64,000 nt of DNA from Macrostomum hystrix (GCA_950097015.1 CATNEN010000035.1:806001-870000), one strand, 5' to 3'; positions 35,881-49,997 are shown, counted from the first letter of the stretch. Translations and numbers: made by a program. Notes: a model not told the origin generated them from the letters alone.

Positions 35881-38230
35881 TCATTGATTCATTGACGAAT
35901 ACGTCGTTTTCTCATGGATCCCGCGTATTGTTCTTAGGCATTTCTGGCCCATTCCTGGTCGGTTCACACTCGGATAGGCTTTCGTGATGTCTAGTAGCAC
36001 TCCTGCATCCTCTGGCTTCTCTGTGTCCTCTTCTCCTCTTGCTCTTTTATCCTTCTCTGTCTCGATCTCTTCTTCCTGAAATCTTATTATCACCTGTGTC
36101 GCGTCCATCGTTGATCGTCCACTTCTGAACCCTTGTTGGTTGTCGTCTACCAGCTTCCTTTCCTCTGACCACTCACGCATCCTCGTTGCCAGGACCCTCG
36201 CTAATATTCTGCTGCTCATCGATAACAGGCATACTCCTCTGTAGTTGTTCTTGTCCCTTCGGTCGCCTTTCTTAAACAGGGGGATGACCATGCCACTTCC
36301 TGTTATTTCTTCCCACTCCTCCGGGTCCGTTTCGAACAGTTTCTGCACTGTTCACGTCACGTACTTCTGTGCTGACTCCGATGCATTCCTTACATAGCTG
36401 ATCCTGACCTCGTCTTCTCCCGGCGCTCTATATTTCATATATTTTATGGCTTTATTGATTTCTTCTTCCGTTGGTGTCTTGTCTAGCGCTTCCCCCGCTT
36501 CTCTCGCGCCCGGTTCTTCTCGTCTGTCTCTGATTGCTTCCAGCGTTGTCATCCAGCTTTCCTGATCTCTTTCGAATTCGTGCTCCGATACCTTCGCGAA
36601 ATGTTCTTTGAACTCTTCCGCTGTAAACAGAGTGCTCTGGTTCGCTTTGGCTGTTCCCCTTTGTCCAAGTTGCTTGAGGATCCTGTACATCTCCCCGATC
36701 TTTCCTTTTTCTTGCGCCTCCCGCATGCGTTCAATTAGCTCTTCCCAATACTCTCTTTCCCATCTTCTTAGATTCAGTCTCCGTTCTCGCCTCCTCCATT
36801 TCCTCTCTCCGATCGCTTCCTCCATGGCCTCTCTTGTCTCCTCCGTTCCTGTCCGTTCGTGTTCCGCCTTACGCTTGCGTACATTCTCGATAGCGTCGTT
36901 TATGTTTTTTCTCAGTTCTTTCATCTTCCGCACGTTTCTAGTGCTGTACTTGTTAGGATTTCCGCGATTGTCTCCTATTTCACTTCTTCTTGGTTGACTC
37001 CCTTTGGCTTTTCTTCAGTTCTTTGTTTGTATTCTTGTCGTTTTCCTTCGTCTTGCAGGGCTTCCCAGTTCGCCTTTGACTGTTTTTTCTCTCTCACCGC
37101 GGCCTGGTTTCTGTTGATTTTCTTTTTTGGTTGTCCTTGATCTCGCTTCGTCAGTGTCAGCACCTTTGGGCGGTGGTCCGATAGCGAATCTTCCTTGATT
37201 GTTTTGATCTTCTTCACTACTTCTTTCATCTGTTCTTTCTTCATTATGAAACCGTCCAATTCGTACCACTCGTTTCTTGCCGGGTTGTACCACGTCCCTC
37301 TCCAGTCGTGGGCGTAGGAGTTCACCCATACTAGGTCGTTCTCATCGCACCATCTTGCTAGGTCCCTTCCCGCTTCGTTCTGTTTACCAAGTCCATACTT
37401 TCCGATCGAGCTGTATTCTCTTCTTTCTCCTCGTTCCGCTTTCCCCACAGATGCGTTATGGTCTCCTCCAATGATGATCCATTCGTTCGCTTTGCTTTTC
37501 CTCATCTGTTCCTCCATCTCCGTTCTGTACTCATCGAGTGCTATTTCACCATAGCCCCACAAGGGTTGATAGCCGCATATCAGACGGTAGTGGTTCACTT
37601 TTACTGCTGCTGTCCTTTCGCCTAACCATCGTTGGCTTCCTTGTTCGATCCAGTCTTGCGCCCACTCTCCAATTAAGAGGATTGCTGCTCGTTTGCCATG
37701 TATTATTACTGCTTTCTCCTCGCCTTCGCCTAGCCAGAAGAAACCTTGGTCTGCGCTGGTTATCTCTGTCAGCAGCACAGCGTTCCAGTTCATCCTCGTG
37801 CTGTATGTCACTATCTCCCGAATTCTTCTCCGATTGTTCTCCCGCATAGATGCTTTCTGCACATTCCATGTTGCTATTTTGGGGCTTCTCATCTTTTTCT
37901 CCTCTAGTTTCTCATTTTCCTTCTTTGCTTCTGCTTCCTTCTTCTCCTCTTCCTTACGTCTTCGTCTCCGTTCTCTCCTCTGTCGTCTCACGTCGTTCCG
38001 GTATTCGCGTTGTTTCTCTATGTTCCTTTTCCGCGTTTGCTAGGTCCCGGGTTCTTCTCAACTGTCTCCAGTTTCTCTTCGATCTCCTTTTCTAGTCTTC
38101 TTACTTCTTCCACGACCTTCCTTCCTCTCTGCAGATTAGATCGTCGATCTTCATCGTCGTCGTCGTCATCCTCATCCTCGTCGTTGTGCTTATCTTTCTC
38201 TTCGATATGAGGGCACTTGCGTTTTCGAGA
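35881..38230 (-). mobile_element. APE-type LINE (RTE-like) relic: endonuclease plus N-terminal half of RT, 3'-truncated
   Basis: Endonuclease motifs KIATWNVQ, LLTE, GGDHNASVG, LDGF and SDHRP. RT motifs PLFKKGD..YRGVCLL, QQGFRSGRST and LLDITKAY. No YADD is retained. Confidence 0.9.
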
Positions 38231-38299
38231 TGCAGGAACTGCAGATGCACCTTCGTTTACGATTTGAGGATGCTGCCGCTTGCATTTTTGATGCCCCAA

Positions 38300-38990
38300 A
38301 ACTCCACTCAGACCGGCACTGCTGGTAATCTTCACCTTCTTCCGCCCGTGCTTTTGACGTCTGGATTGCATGATGGGACTGTCTTTGTCGGCAAAACCAC
38401 CAACGAATCAAAGTTCTTTGAACCGGCAAATAGCCTTTGTACGCCAAAAACTTGAGCTCCCATCCTGAGACCGGTCTTTTAAGCCAGGATACGAGGTGAT
38501 GATTGCCATACAGATGTCCGTTAATTGGCTCGATGATAGGTACGGATTAGTTGGTGACAAATACTTCGAGGTGACGTCGTCGACAATAAACTTTAGGAAC
38601 TGAGTTCAAATGCTGAGTTCAGCTTGAAATCCACACCCTTTTCAGGGTGCATTCGAAGTTTGCAAAGAGCATCGCTAAGGAAATCCAAACGAGGAAGCGA
38701 GTACACCGCAGGCCACGCCATCAAAGTATCGGCTGGGGTTTGCTGGACTCGATTGGGTGTCACTAATACTGTCGGATCAGATGCTGCAGCTATGTTCACT
38801 GCATCCGGTGTCCGATCCACTTTAGACACAGTGGACGGTTCAGGCAGCAATTGACTAGGTGGCACTGGGACCAGTTTACCTTAAAGGAGAAAAAATTTCC
38901 CTCCTTCTTTAGCTACCTCCGCTATAATTTCGTCATCGTCCATTTCGAATCCGTCGGCTGTAACGATGCGCACGTTTTCGAAATTTAGTG
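38300..38990 (-). pseudogene. Second decayed CACTA-type accessory ORF
   Basis: ADGFEMDDDDE (CIDE-N-like) and AITSYPGLKD...FWRTKAICRFKE parallel the 23366-24517 protein. Confidence 0.45.
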
Positions 38991-39565
38991 CAGCCCTAAT
39001 TTAGTGCAGCCCTTGGTTCTTAATTCGACGAGGGAGAGCCCAGATGCTGGTAACAGCTTCTTACTCTTCTCGTTGAAGTTGAAGATTCGAAGCTGAAATG
39101 AGAGTAGATTAAAACAACTCCAATCAGAATAGATCTGGTAAGACATACTCAGTCAAAAAGTGGAGAGGGAAGTGCAAATAATAATTTAGTGCCGTGCCAT
39201 TTTTTGTTTTTATTTTTTTTATTGATAAGTCTAACATAGACTTAAGTACAAGTTGATTTACTTGTAGGCTTTAACTTTAACTTCAAATGTCAATATTTTG
39301 ACAGTACAGCAGAATTAATACATTTTAGGCAAGGAAATGATTCGAAAACCGGCATCCACTTTAATAGGTCTAGCCTAATCAAGAATGGGCAAGCCAATCT
39401 GTCATAAAAAGGTAATTGTTATACCTATAGACCAGAAATCTATTAAAATTGGAGAGCACATTTCCTAGTGCTTGAGGCAAGGCAATCCTTGTATTTATTT
39501 GTAAGTTAGCAATAACCTTTATTTTACTATACATATAATAGCTACACATTTACTATTAATTTAAT

Positions 39566-41855
39566 TGAAGTGGGTGCGGGTTTTGCAATCCGATGACCTG
39601 TCCTCAAGAGAGAAAGGGAGTGTGGGAATGGCGATAGAGTTAGAAGTCGTACCGCAAAGCCTCGCGATTTATCGCGGGGAGGGGGATGAAGGGAGAGACA
39701 GTGGATGCAGGGAGTGGTCCTCTCGGCCTCAGGCTGGCCAGTCCCACTCAACCCATAGGCCACAGGCATGACTGCCGTGCCTACCCCAAGCAGTGCTCGA
39801 AACCGGCTAAAGTCTAAAGAGATATCGGACTACCCGCAAGCAGGTAGGACAGGGCTAGATAGCCTACTGTCATCAGTAGCATGTACATAACTGACTCCTA
39901 ACAGTGGTAGCAGTGGTCGATTCGGCATAGGCTCTTGTCTTAGAAATGCGGAAAGGCTATTGGCAAAGCGGAAAATGATCTAGGGTAGCGCCACCACCCA
40001 ATGCGCCTACGTTGCCACCGCAGACATTTGGGAACTTGGGTCCCCGGAGTTCACAGCTCCTAGTTTGTCACACAGATCTCAGACAAGCCGAAAAATAGGG
40101 CATTCTGTAACTTCCGTTTTAGACTAGGGCGAAGACCCCAGAATGAATCGAGACACGCCTCAACAGGGGATTCCTGAAACTGCGCTACAGTGGTCTAGAG
40201 AGGTGGTACTCCGAACTCGAATGAGAAACCCATAGCCAGAATCCTACTCATGAAACATCAGGCACATTCCTTACATTAGATTGCAGCCTACACATTAAAT
40301 AACTAGCAAATCCGAATCTGTGTGAGATGAGGAAATCAGAGGCAGGAGAGATTAAGCAGAACACTGGCTGAGTGATTATGCAAGCGATAAATATTAGATC
40401 ACGCCTCTCGCTCCCATGGCCGTAGTTGCGAGGGCGGGGAATAGAAGGAGAATTCAATTGACAAAGGAGTTTGACGCGTACACTGGTATCCGCCAGTGAG
40501 AGAGGAAAGCCGGCCAAGGAATTCCCCGCCCCTAAGCAGCAATGCACACGCTACATTCCGCATTTTACTCGCAAATCCCTAGCTCCTTATTACTTTCATG
40601 CGCGCTCACAGTTGTCCTCCTGCCGCAGCTTTCAGCTAGGCATCACCAGAGCCCACCCCCTAATGAGTTAGCCACTCATGATCGAGGGCTGTCTAACGAT
40701 AAAATAAAGGTAAAAAGGAGACATAGTAAGAAGGAATTAAGTTGTTATAAAGTTAAGCCCAATAAGTTAAAAGTGCTTTAGATTAGACAGTTTATTAGGC
40801 TATCAAATTCCCTAATTTCCCTCCCTCTAATTGCCGCCTAACCTAGAGAAAGGTCCCTTAGGACTAACAATTATAAAACCGCTGCGCGGGTTACTTAGCT
40901 GGATGCTGGTTCGGCCGCGTGCTGCAATCCTGTAGCTCTCGGGGAAGGGGTAGGGCAAAACAGCAAGGCCGGGAAAGGAAACTGCTGTGAGCTGGCAGGG
41001 GCCAACACACTGGGAGCACAGTGGCTCAATTTAGAGCTCACCTAAAGAGGTGGCTTGCGATTAGGGGGGAAGGGGGCAGGCAATGGGCCTGTGAGCGCTT
41101 GCTTGAGCTTTTAGCTCTGGGGTCTAAGCCCTAAGTGGATGTGGGAAAAGTGCCTTAGGTCCGGTGGGAGTCCGGCCTGGCAATGAGATAGGTCGAGGTC
41201 CGGGGAAAGGAAAAAGGTTGTCCTAGGGGCAGCGCAGCGCGCTTCCTTAAATAGTCTTGCAGCACGCCAACCCCGACATCCATCAAAATAACCCACATTC
41301 GCGCCAGCCTGTCATCGGGGAATTGAAGCGGCGATGGCCACCCCGATTACCCAATGAACCAGCGGCGAGAAGCGACATGCTCCTTCACGAGCAGCCGCCG
41401 ACAATCGGCCAATAATTGTTACTCCGCCAGGACAATGGGAAGCGCAGGCGCCGACCTGCCTACAGTGACATTTACACGTATCTAAGAGAGGAGGTCATAA
41501 AGTCGAGCTGGGCTCGAATACTGTAAAGAAGTGGGGACATGAAGAATTAATGATCACTCATAATGCCCGAGTGATTCCCAATATCTGATCGCGGTTTGGA
41601 GGGGAATTATGACCTAAACTACTCATACAATAAAAGCTATGGCCGCGATCAGTCATTCCTACAGGGGTCTAGACAGATCCAGGGAGAAGGGATTCGACGG
41701 CTACTTAATTCACCGCCGCCCAAAACCCGGCCCTAAGATTAATGATCTTGTTTGTGGCCAGCTGCTAGGTGGGTCGCGATTATTGATTGCTTAAAAATTT
41801 GAAAAATTCCGCTGGCTCACATTCCCACTCGATTCCCGCAGCACACTCCACATCA
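39566..41855 (-). mobile_element. Solo LTR (~2290 bp) of a diverged subfamily of the 11549-22158 element
   Basis: Reverse-complement homology along the whole LTR, TG...CA ends, and a 4-bp TSD TAAT at 39562-39565 and 41856-41859. Confidence 0.93.
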
Positions 41856-44624
41856 TAATCATCTATAGAAGTCCATATTGGATAATATTTTAGAGTAGAA
41901 AATAGTTTCCCATTGAAAATAAGCAAAGGAACTGGTTGATGATTAAAATGATTTGTGGGTTCAATGAAAATTATATTGTCACTTTCAACAGTACACAAGA
42001 GTTTGTCTTTACATTGTTGCAAACAAGAACCCATTTATTTCAAACTTAAATTACGTATATGACATATTAAGGCTATAGAAATACCACTTGGTGTTAAAGT
42101 AGGCAAGCAAAACCGATTATCTTTTGAAGGAATTTTATAGATAAAACCTTGAAATTTCAGCTCTTTATTTGACAAAAAATTGTTCCAATTGAGTTTACAT
42201 CTAAATTTAGTTTTGTACATAACTCACGCTGTTCTACTACAGTTAATATTCCATTAAGGCTTATAGGAATGAGTTCAGAACTTTCAAACAGTTGAATTAT
42301 AATGTTTTATGATCAGTGCTTTTTAAATTTGATATTGTTTTGCACAAGTATAAGGAACATTTTTGTCGGCGCAAACATTTGTTGCCAAGAATTGTGTCTG
42401 GAATTATGGAAGTTATGGGAAACTAAATTTCTTTCTGGTGAACGAGACAAGCGAACCATAGCAAAAATTATTAATTCAAAATTCTAAGAATAAAAGAAGT
42501 GTCAGTTTTTAAAGGTCATGTTTTAATATGCGCTATAGAAAAAACTTACTGCTAATACAATCCGCCACAGATTCCCGCGCCGTCCCTGTATGTTGAAGTA
42601 CCTTAGCGTCTGAGCGTTCGCCGTGGACAATAGCATCGTAGAAATGGCATCTGACAATCTAACGCTACGCGCTGAACGTCTGGAGCAATAAGTGATCTGT
42701 AAATTAAAAAAGAATGGCTTAGTTTCAGAGAGACGTAAGATGCCCTGCAATATAAGTGTGGCTGTATACAACTGGACTATACAATTTACTGCCATGAAAA
42801 ATTCATACTTTAACTTTGTTTAAGAGCTACATTGATTTGCTTAAACTTGTGAATAAACACAGCACACACACGCACTACTTACATAGGCCGTTTTCAGGTT
42901 CTGCATCACTTTGTAGTCCTTCACGAAGCCCAGTATATCTTCAACAGACTTGTGGGGTAGAGCTAGGAGTAGAGTATCCTTTTCAGAATAACCTGGATGT
43001 TTTACCATGGCGCTTAAAACTTCTTCGAGAGGTTTCAATGAAGTATCAATGAAGTGAGTTGCTTCACCTTTGAGAATTTCCTTCGATTTGTGAAGCCATT
43101 AGTACGTTGTCCTAATAAGCCATTACAACAGGCTGTAAAAAGAGTGCTAGAAAGTGACTAATGCTTAGGTCATTTTCAAGTAAACAAAAAAGGATTCCAC
43201 CCTAAAAAGGAGCATGAGGACAACATTCTTCCCAGTGACATTGATCCAATGTCTGTCACCCAATACCACATTCTGAAGACAAAACTGACTCGTGTTGCAA
43301 CAGATGATCGTGATAGCTTCATACAGAAAGAAGGTAATCAAGCAATCTACAAAGTAAAGAACATTTTTCAACATAAAGATGGCAATGTTGCTATTATCAA
43401 AGTCTTCAGGAAAATCTAAATTGTTAGACTGAGACTGAGACTGGGAATCCTCATTTAATTCACAAAATCTTTGAGACTCATCTGATTATCCAAATCTAGG
43501 CTCAAATTCTGCATTTTCTTGTGTCTCATTGTTGACTTCTTCACTTTCATTGGATGATGAACTTGAGATATATTAAGTAGAAGCAATTTGCATCAACGCT
43601 TTGATTTTTATTATTTTTTTGTTATTAAAGAATTGAACAAATTTATTCCATTTTTTTCATAAATACAATATTCAAAAACACACTGAATATTGGCTTTTGT
43701 TTTATAGCACATACTTTAGCCTTAGATATATTAGCACTTAGCAGCTTAAATTGTAGGCTAGGTTTTGCTGCTTTATTTAGCCTAAACCCTAAGTAAGGTG
43801 AAGGACAAGATAAGGTTTGCAAATTGCAACTATGTAAGAAAGAGGAGGCCAATTAAAGTAAGGCCTAACTTAGTAACTTCAGCTTGATTAGACGCATGCA
43901 AAAAGTTAAACTATACCTATACAATTAGAAAAATATTTGCTATTTCATAAGCAAATGATCTACCATGGTCACATATGGAGTCTAATTTTCAGTAAAAAAT
44001 GTCCAACAATGAGCTGCAGTCTAAAGCCTCAGAAATTGAATGTAATATACCCGGAGTACCTTTAGCTCTGACAGAGCGTCAGTTTCTCGAAAAATCCTTC
44101 ACACTATAAAGCCTAATAGTAGCCCAAATCTTATTTAAATATAAAAAAAATCACTTAAGCTTGCTGTGTAGTGTGTAGTCAATCGTCAAACAGTGAAGAG
44201 CGGCGTAGCTTTTCGCTGTTTAATAAACATGATAAAAGAGCGACCTCGGTGAGGAACAAGTAACAATTAACAAATAAAAGTAGTAATATTTTCACTTAAA
44301 AGAAACGTGCAACAAACGTGTGCGAGCACAAAAGAAAAAAACTGACAGTTTAATAATTTTCTTCTGCATAAAAAATTTAATGTAAATCATTTTTGCCCGT
44401 CAGGATAGGTTCTCAGAAATAAGTTAGCGATACGTATCATAAATAACCTTGACGAACAAATGTCAAAAAAGCGAGAGTTGTAATTAATTTACTTCGATCG
44501 ATTTATCATTAATCAATAATAGAAACTCACTAGCAAGTTTTGCCCCCTTCGGGGAGCAAAAATATTTTTAATTCGTCTTGTATATACTTTTTAGCAGCTG
44601 TATTTTCAGCTTTTTTAAGCTAAA

Positions 44625-45262
44625 ATGATCACCCAGTTGACAATGATCCCAAGTTGACAATGATCCCCCAGTTGACAATGATCCCCCAGTTGTTGATGAT
44701 CACCCAGTTGACAACGATCCCCCAGTTGACAATGATCCCCCAGTTGACAATGATCCCCCAGTTGACAATGATCCCCCAGTTGACAATGATCCCCCAGCTG
44801 ACAATTTTCCCCCAGTTGACAACGATCCCCCAGTTGACCATGATCCCCCAGTTTAAAATGGTCCCCCAGTTGACAATGATACCCCAGTTGATGATGATCC
44901 CCCAGTTGACAATGATCACCCAGTTGACAATTATCTCCCCGTTGACTATGATCCCCCATTGATGAAGATCCCCAGTTGACAATGTTACCCCAGTTGACCA
45001 TTACCCCCTAGTTGACAATGATACCCCAGTTGATAATGATCACACAGTTGACAATGATCTCCCATGTTGACCATGATCCCCCATTTGATGATGACTCCCA
45101 ATTGATGATGATCCCCATTTGACAATGATCCCCAGTTGACCATGATCCCCCATTTGATGATGATTCCCCAGTTGACAATTATCCCCCAGTTGACAATGAT
45201 CCCCCAGTTGACAATGATCCTCCAGTTGACAATGATCCCCCAGTTGACGATTATCCCCCAGT
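44625..45262. repeat. 18-bp minisatellite (TGACAATGATCCCCCAGT), ~35 copies
   Basis: Visible period of 18. Confidence 0.95.
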
Positions 45263-45263
45263 T

Positions 45264-45802
45264 CTGGTTTAGCCATGACTCAAACGCTGGGTTAGCCATG
45301 ATTCAAGCTCTGGTTTAGCCATTATTCAAGCTCTGTTTTAGCCATGATTCAAACGATGGGTAAGCCATGATTCAAGCTCTGTTTTAGCCATGATTCAAAC
45401 GATGAGTAAGCCATGATTCAAGCTCTGTTTTAGCCATGATTCAAACGATGGGTAAGCCATGATTCAAGCTCTGTTTTAGCCATGATTCAAACGATGGGTA
45501 AGCCATGATTCAAGCTCTGTTTTAGCCATGATTCAAACTCTTGTTTAGCCATGATTGAAGCTCTGGTTAAGCCATGATTGAAGCTCTGGTTTAGCCATGA
45601 TTCAAGCTCTGGTTTAGCCATGATTCAAACTCTGGGTTAGCCATGATTCAAACTCTGGTTTAGCCAAGATTCAAACTCTGGTTGGCTATGATTCAAACTC
45701 TGGTTGGCTATGATTCAAACTCTGGATGGCTATGATTCAAACTCTCGTTGGCCATGATTCAAACTCTGGTTGGTCATGATTAAAACTCTGGTTTAGCCAT
45801 GA
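45264..45802. repeat. 23-bp minisatellite (reverse complement of the 60.5-62.3 kb array), ~23 copies
   Basis: TTAGCCATGATTCAAACTCTGGT units. Confidence 0.95.
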
Positions 45803-46989
45803 AGATATAAGTAACGAATAATATAAAAGGATGGCCTTACCTTTCAACTACTTTTTGATACGTATATGCGACCAAGTGGAGACGTCTAATTGTTATACGG
45901 GAATTGTAGTCAACTAGTCGTGCTCAAACTCGCTACACAATGGAATTAAACAATACGTATTTACATCGATAAGTTTCATGGGCAGGGCAATACATGGGCG
46001 ACCTAAGTCACTTAATGGTATCAACTTTTCGGTAGCATTGACACTAGAATTAGAAAAGTTGACAAGTTCATGAAATGGAAATTATTTACTTTAGCATACT
46101 TAGTTTGCAACAGCAATCGCCATTCTGCTAAATCGGCATTCTCATCCCAGTTTGTGTTGGGCATAACGTAGTCAAATAAGGAGTGCGGAACACGTACAAA
46201 GAACATGCATTGGTGGTTGAAAATTAATAATAGAGCAAAATTCACCGGCAGTAGTCCTACACACGTGGTTATTAGATGAAATATAAACGTAGCACCTTGG
46301 GTTGAGAAGAAATTGCCATTATATAGACGAGAGATTTCTTCCAATTCCTTCTGACCGGAGTGGATCAGTTTGCTGAGACAAAAATTGAGCCAGCTCCTTT
46401 TGTCTGGCTTCACTTTATTGCAGAAAGTGATTTGTTAGAATCACTTTCTAACTAATTGTGAGCCAAAGGAAGAAGTTCTGCAATAAATATTTCTTAAAAT
46501 TACCAATCGAACTCTCAAACGAAAACATGAAATAATTACAAACAGGCCTTAGCTGCGCATATTGCTTAGCGATATGTAATATTAAATGAAAGTCTAGTCG
46601 CAAAAGTCACAATCCAAAAACGGAGGAGTGTACCTGCTTAACCAAGGCTTAGCTAATTCTTGGATATCCTTTTCGAGTGAATTAACGTTATACAGCACGT
46701 GGTAAAAAAAGGACGAAGTAATAAAAATTTTTAGAGCCTGGTTGTTGAAAAAGCAACATTTTTGTAATGATTTGCCTTTCAGTCAGTGAAAGAAGAAAAT
46801 GATGTTGGAAAGGACACGCACGATGGCACGACGGCGCCTTTTAAACAGTTGGAAACATATTCAATGACATGGCCCGAACAAAAGAACGACTACGGTCGGT
46901 TAGATAGGGAAGTAATTTCCTCGAAAAATTTTCCTCGAGGCCTTCAAAAAACAATGCAAAGAGTCGATAGGATTGTAGTCAGGAAACGC

Positions 46990-47240
46990 TATATATTGTA
47001 GTAAAAAACTCTCCGACTTTACTCCAACAACAGGTTTACCACGAAAACGAGACAACTGACAATGTCGTTTGTGGGATTCCACTGTTCGTAAATGAAAATA
47101 TGCTGCTCGTCAAACCTAAAAATCCAGTTGATCCCTTTGCTGGATACTTTGAATGATTCACCTGGGTGCTCACATTTTGGGCAACTGAAGGCCCCATTGA
47201 ATTGTCGAATGCAGAATAGCTTAGCTAGAGCAGGACGCAG
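46990..47240 (-). pseudogene. CACTA transposase fragment
   Basis: PALAKLFCIRQFNGAFSCPKCEHPGE, the QFNG..C..C motif. Confidence 0.55.
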
Positions 47241-47246
47241 CAGCAT

Positions 47247-47552
47247 CCACAGAACGACCAGGAGCGCCGTTTCAATGAAGCACACAAAGCAACAAGAAAC
47301 ATTGTGGAATGTACAATAGGTATCCTCAAGCAGCGACTTCGTTGCTTGCTCCGTCCTCTTCAGGTGCAGCCATTGTTTGCAGCTAACATTTTTCGTTTCT
47401 GTGTTGTCGTACACAATCTAGCCCTTCAAAATGGGCCGCCAGAGGGCGAACTCGAGGCTTTCTTACGCACAGAAGTCTCCGCTGACGATAATCAGGGCGA
47501 CGTACAGGTTGACAACAATAACCGACATAATCAAATTGTGCAACTGTTCTAG
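47247..47552 (+). pseudogene. PIF/Harbinger transposase C-terminal fragment (DDE_Tnp_4/HARBI1-like)
   Basis: PQNDQERRFNEAHKATRNIVECTIGILKQRLRCL...CVVVHN. A convergent low-complexity ORF at 48331-48661 may be the remnant of its partner gene. Confidence 0.78.
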
Positions 47553-49997
47553 ATTTCGCCAGCTGCTTTTGAAGACAATGCCTTTACATAGTATCCCGAC
47601 TGTGAACTATAAATTCAGCTAAGATAACTTTCGCTTAACTCTGCATGCTAAATACTACAAAGACTGGTTTTTGCTCATAAATTTAATTATTAAACCAGTT
47701 GTGAGTTGAGAAGGTTAATACATGAATCCAGTTTTCAGTCCGTAACTGGCAATCTATATTTTAAAGCCCTATGAGTGACTAAAAGAATGCGTTTTCCTTA
47801 CAACTCCATTTTGTAAAGGTGCGACATCCTCATAAGTGTATTTCAATAGATGGAAAAAGTCCCACTAAATGCTAAGCTTAGCTAAGCATATATGTTAAGT
47901 AGACAAAGTTTTGTGGGAACAAAATAACATAACAGCATATGATGTATAAAGTGCAGGCATAAAAACTAATGAAGAAAAACACTACAAACAAGTAACAGTA
48001 ACATTTTTATTGCGAACATTTAAGTGAGTCATTGCGCGAAGACCAACGAAGCGATTAAAAAGATACCCATAGCAGTTGGAAATTGACAAGTAAAGAGCAT
48101 AAACATAAACTATTTTTGAAACTTGAACGACAAAAGAAAACACAATGACCGCTTTTGGCTAGCTGAAGGCAGCACTGTATGCATCTCATTTATACACAAT
48201 CCTGCTCAGTCCTATTACCCCGCTGATGGCCTGCCCGTTAAAGTAAAGGTTTTAGGCGTCACCTTCACAGGTAAACGCAGACAGCGATGCCCTATACTCC
48301 TCAGAATTATGCACTCCTACCAGTAGCTGATCAAATGTCAAAAAGTTTAAGGTGATCCCGCTGCCGCTGATGGTACGGTGAATCGTTCTCGCTAGCCGCT
48401 GTCGCTATTCCCGTCATTCTCATTGTCGCTCTCGCTATCCCCGTCATTTTCCTTGTCGCTCTCGCTATCCCTGTCTTTCTTCTTGTCTCTCTCGCCCTCT
48501 GCGCATAGCAACCCTGACTCGTCGGCGGTACGCGATCCGGGAGTTGGTGGTGCGCGTGCGCTCTTGTTAACCTGCTCGCCAATGTGCTTGAAAACATCTC
48601 CGATGACAGAAGCGGTGGCCTGATTCTTGGCTCTCTGCTGCCGCAGGATCGGAGTTGCCATGATGGCCGCTAGCCGAATAATGGGTACACAAACAGTTTC
48701 TGAGTAAACAAGTGTTATTAACTAGTAAAAATCTAGCAAGAAAATAATTGATACTTGAATGTTGGAGACTTAAATATGCATACACATTTAATTAATCACA
48801 TGGCTTGCAATCAGTTGTTTCAAGAATATGGAATCTTACCATCAAGTGCTTTAAGAACCTGCTGCGGCACTGCAAGCTTGCCTCGGCGCCCCTGGACATT
48901 AAAATTTCGCCAGACATCAGGCGAAGCGAGGCGTAAAAAAAAGTCCTTGATTGATCGTCGCAAATCCGAGGTGCAGGAGTAGCGGGCCAATTGTTTCTGA
49001 GTAATAATCCAAAGCTTCGATTAGAGAAAACGAATACACGGATAATCTGAATAGCGTCATCGATCTTATAAATATAAAATGTGCTGACATAAACTTACCA
49101 ATTCCTCAAACAAGCCTTGATTGCTTGTCAGCTCAGTACCCAGCGCGGTAACATCTGCAGCACTCGACAATGGAATTTTCGAACTGAGGCCAGAATCCGT
49201 AGCATCCGAAACAGGACGTGAAGTTGATGTGCAACGCGAAACAAGGTCATATAGGTCACGCTGCTTTCCTCCAATATCGTTTAGTCGAATAAACAATTTT
49301 CCAAACCATTCTGAAATCGATTAACGATACATTTTTTGGCGTGTTCAAACGATAATAAGTAATTACAGAGAATGTACAGTGAGCCTACTCTGAATGCAAC
49401 TGCAGTGACAAGCCTTTGATGCGTCATCTATTTCACACTCCGAATGTCGAATATCGTCTTCACGTATCAAACAGCCGGAAGCGCTCGTTCCAGCTGCAGC
49501 CATTGACTGTCTGTCACACTCGCTGATAGAAGCATCCGTCTCAGCGATTGACCAGACCTTTTTGTCACCAATGGTTGCTTGCTGTTTTTGGCGGTGTTTT
49601 TGACACGCTTGATGCCACAGTCTTGGCCACAGACGGTTGCTTGTTGTTAATGGGGGTGGACACGCTTGATGCCACAGTCTTGGCCATGGACGGATGCATG
49701 TTGCTACTGGCGGCGGACGCGCTTAATGCTTGCTGGCTGTTGGGGGTTAGTGTCGCACATGGCGGCATAACCAATGAATGCTGGCTGATGGGGGTCACGC
49801 ATGCTGAAGCAGTGCTGCCTATTCGGATGTCCCTTTCGGGTGAAGTTTCACGCAGGCTTTCGGGCTAAAGTGAGGAACAGTCTCTTTTTTGTTGTTGCAA
49901 TTTTGTAGACCTAATGCAAAAGGTGATTATAGAAAATATAAAATAACCATTCACAACCTATGCGTATAGTACAATTTATAACTTTATGTAAATAAAC

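Larger units (their letters stand above)
44530..45805 (-). mobile_element. Non-autonomous Helitron-like element filled with minisatellites
   Basis: The minus-strand 3' end has the hairpin TTTTGCTCCCC-GAA-GGGGGCAAAA, then CTTG-CTAG|T at 44530. A possible A|TC 5' end lies at 45805 (less certain). Confidence 0.6.

Noticed and set aside
41860-43400. Scattered short ORFs resembling CACTA relics
   Set aside because: Too degenerate to assign motifs with confidence.
44615-45318. Repetitive ORFs (GDHCQL)n, (WGIIVN)n, (MIPQLT)n
   Set aside because: Products of an 18-bp minisatellite open in several frames on both strands. No evidence of coding.
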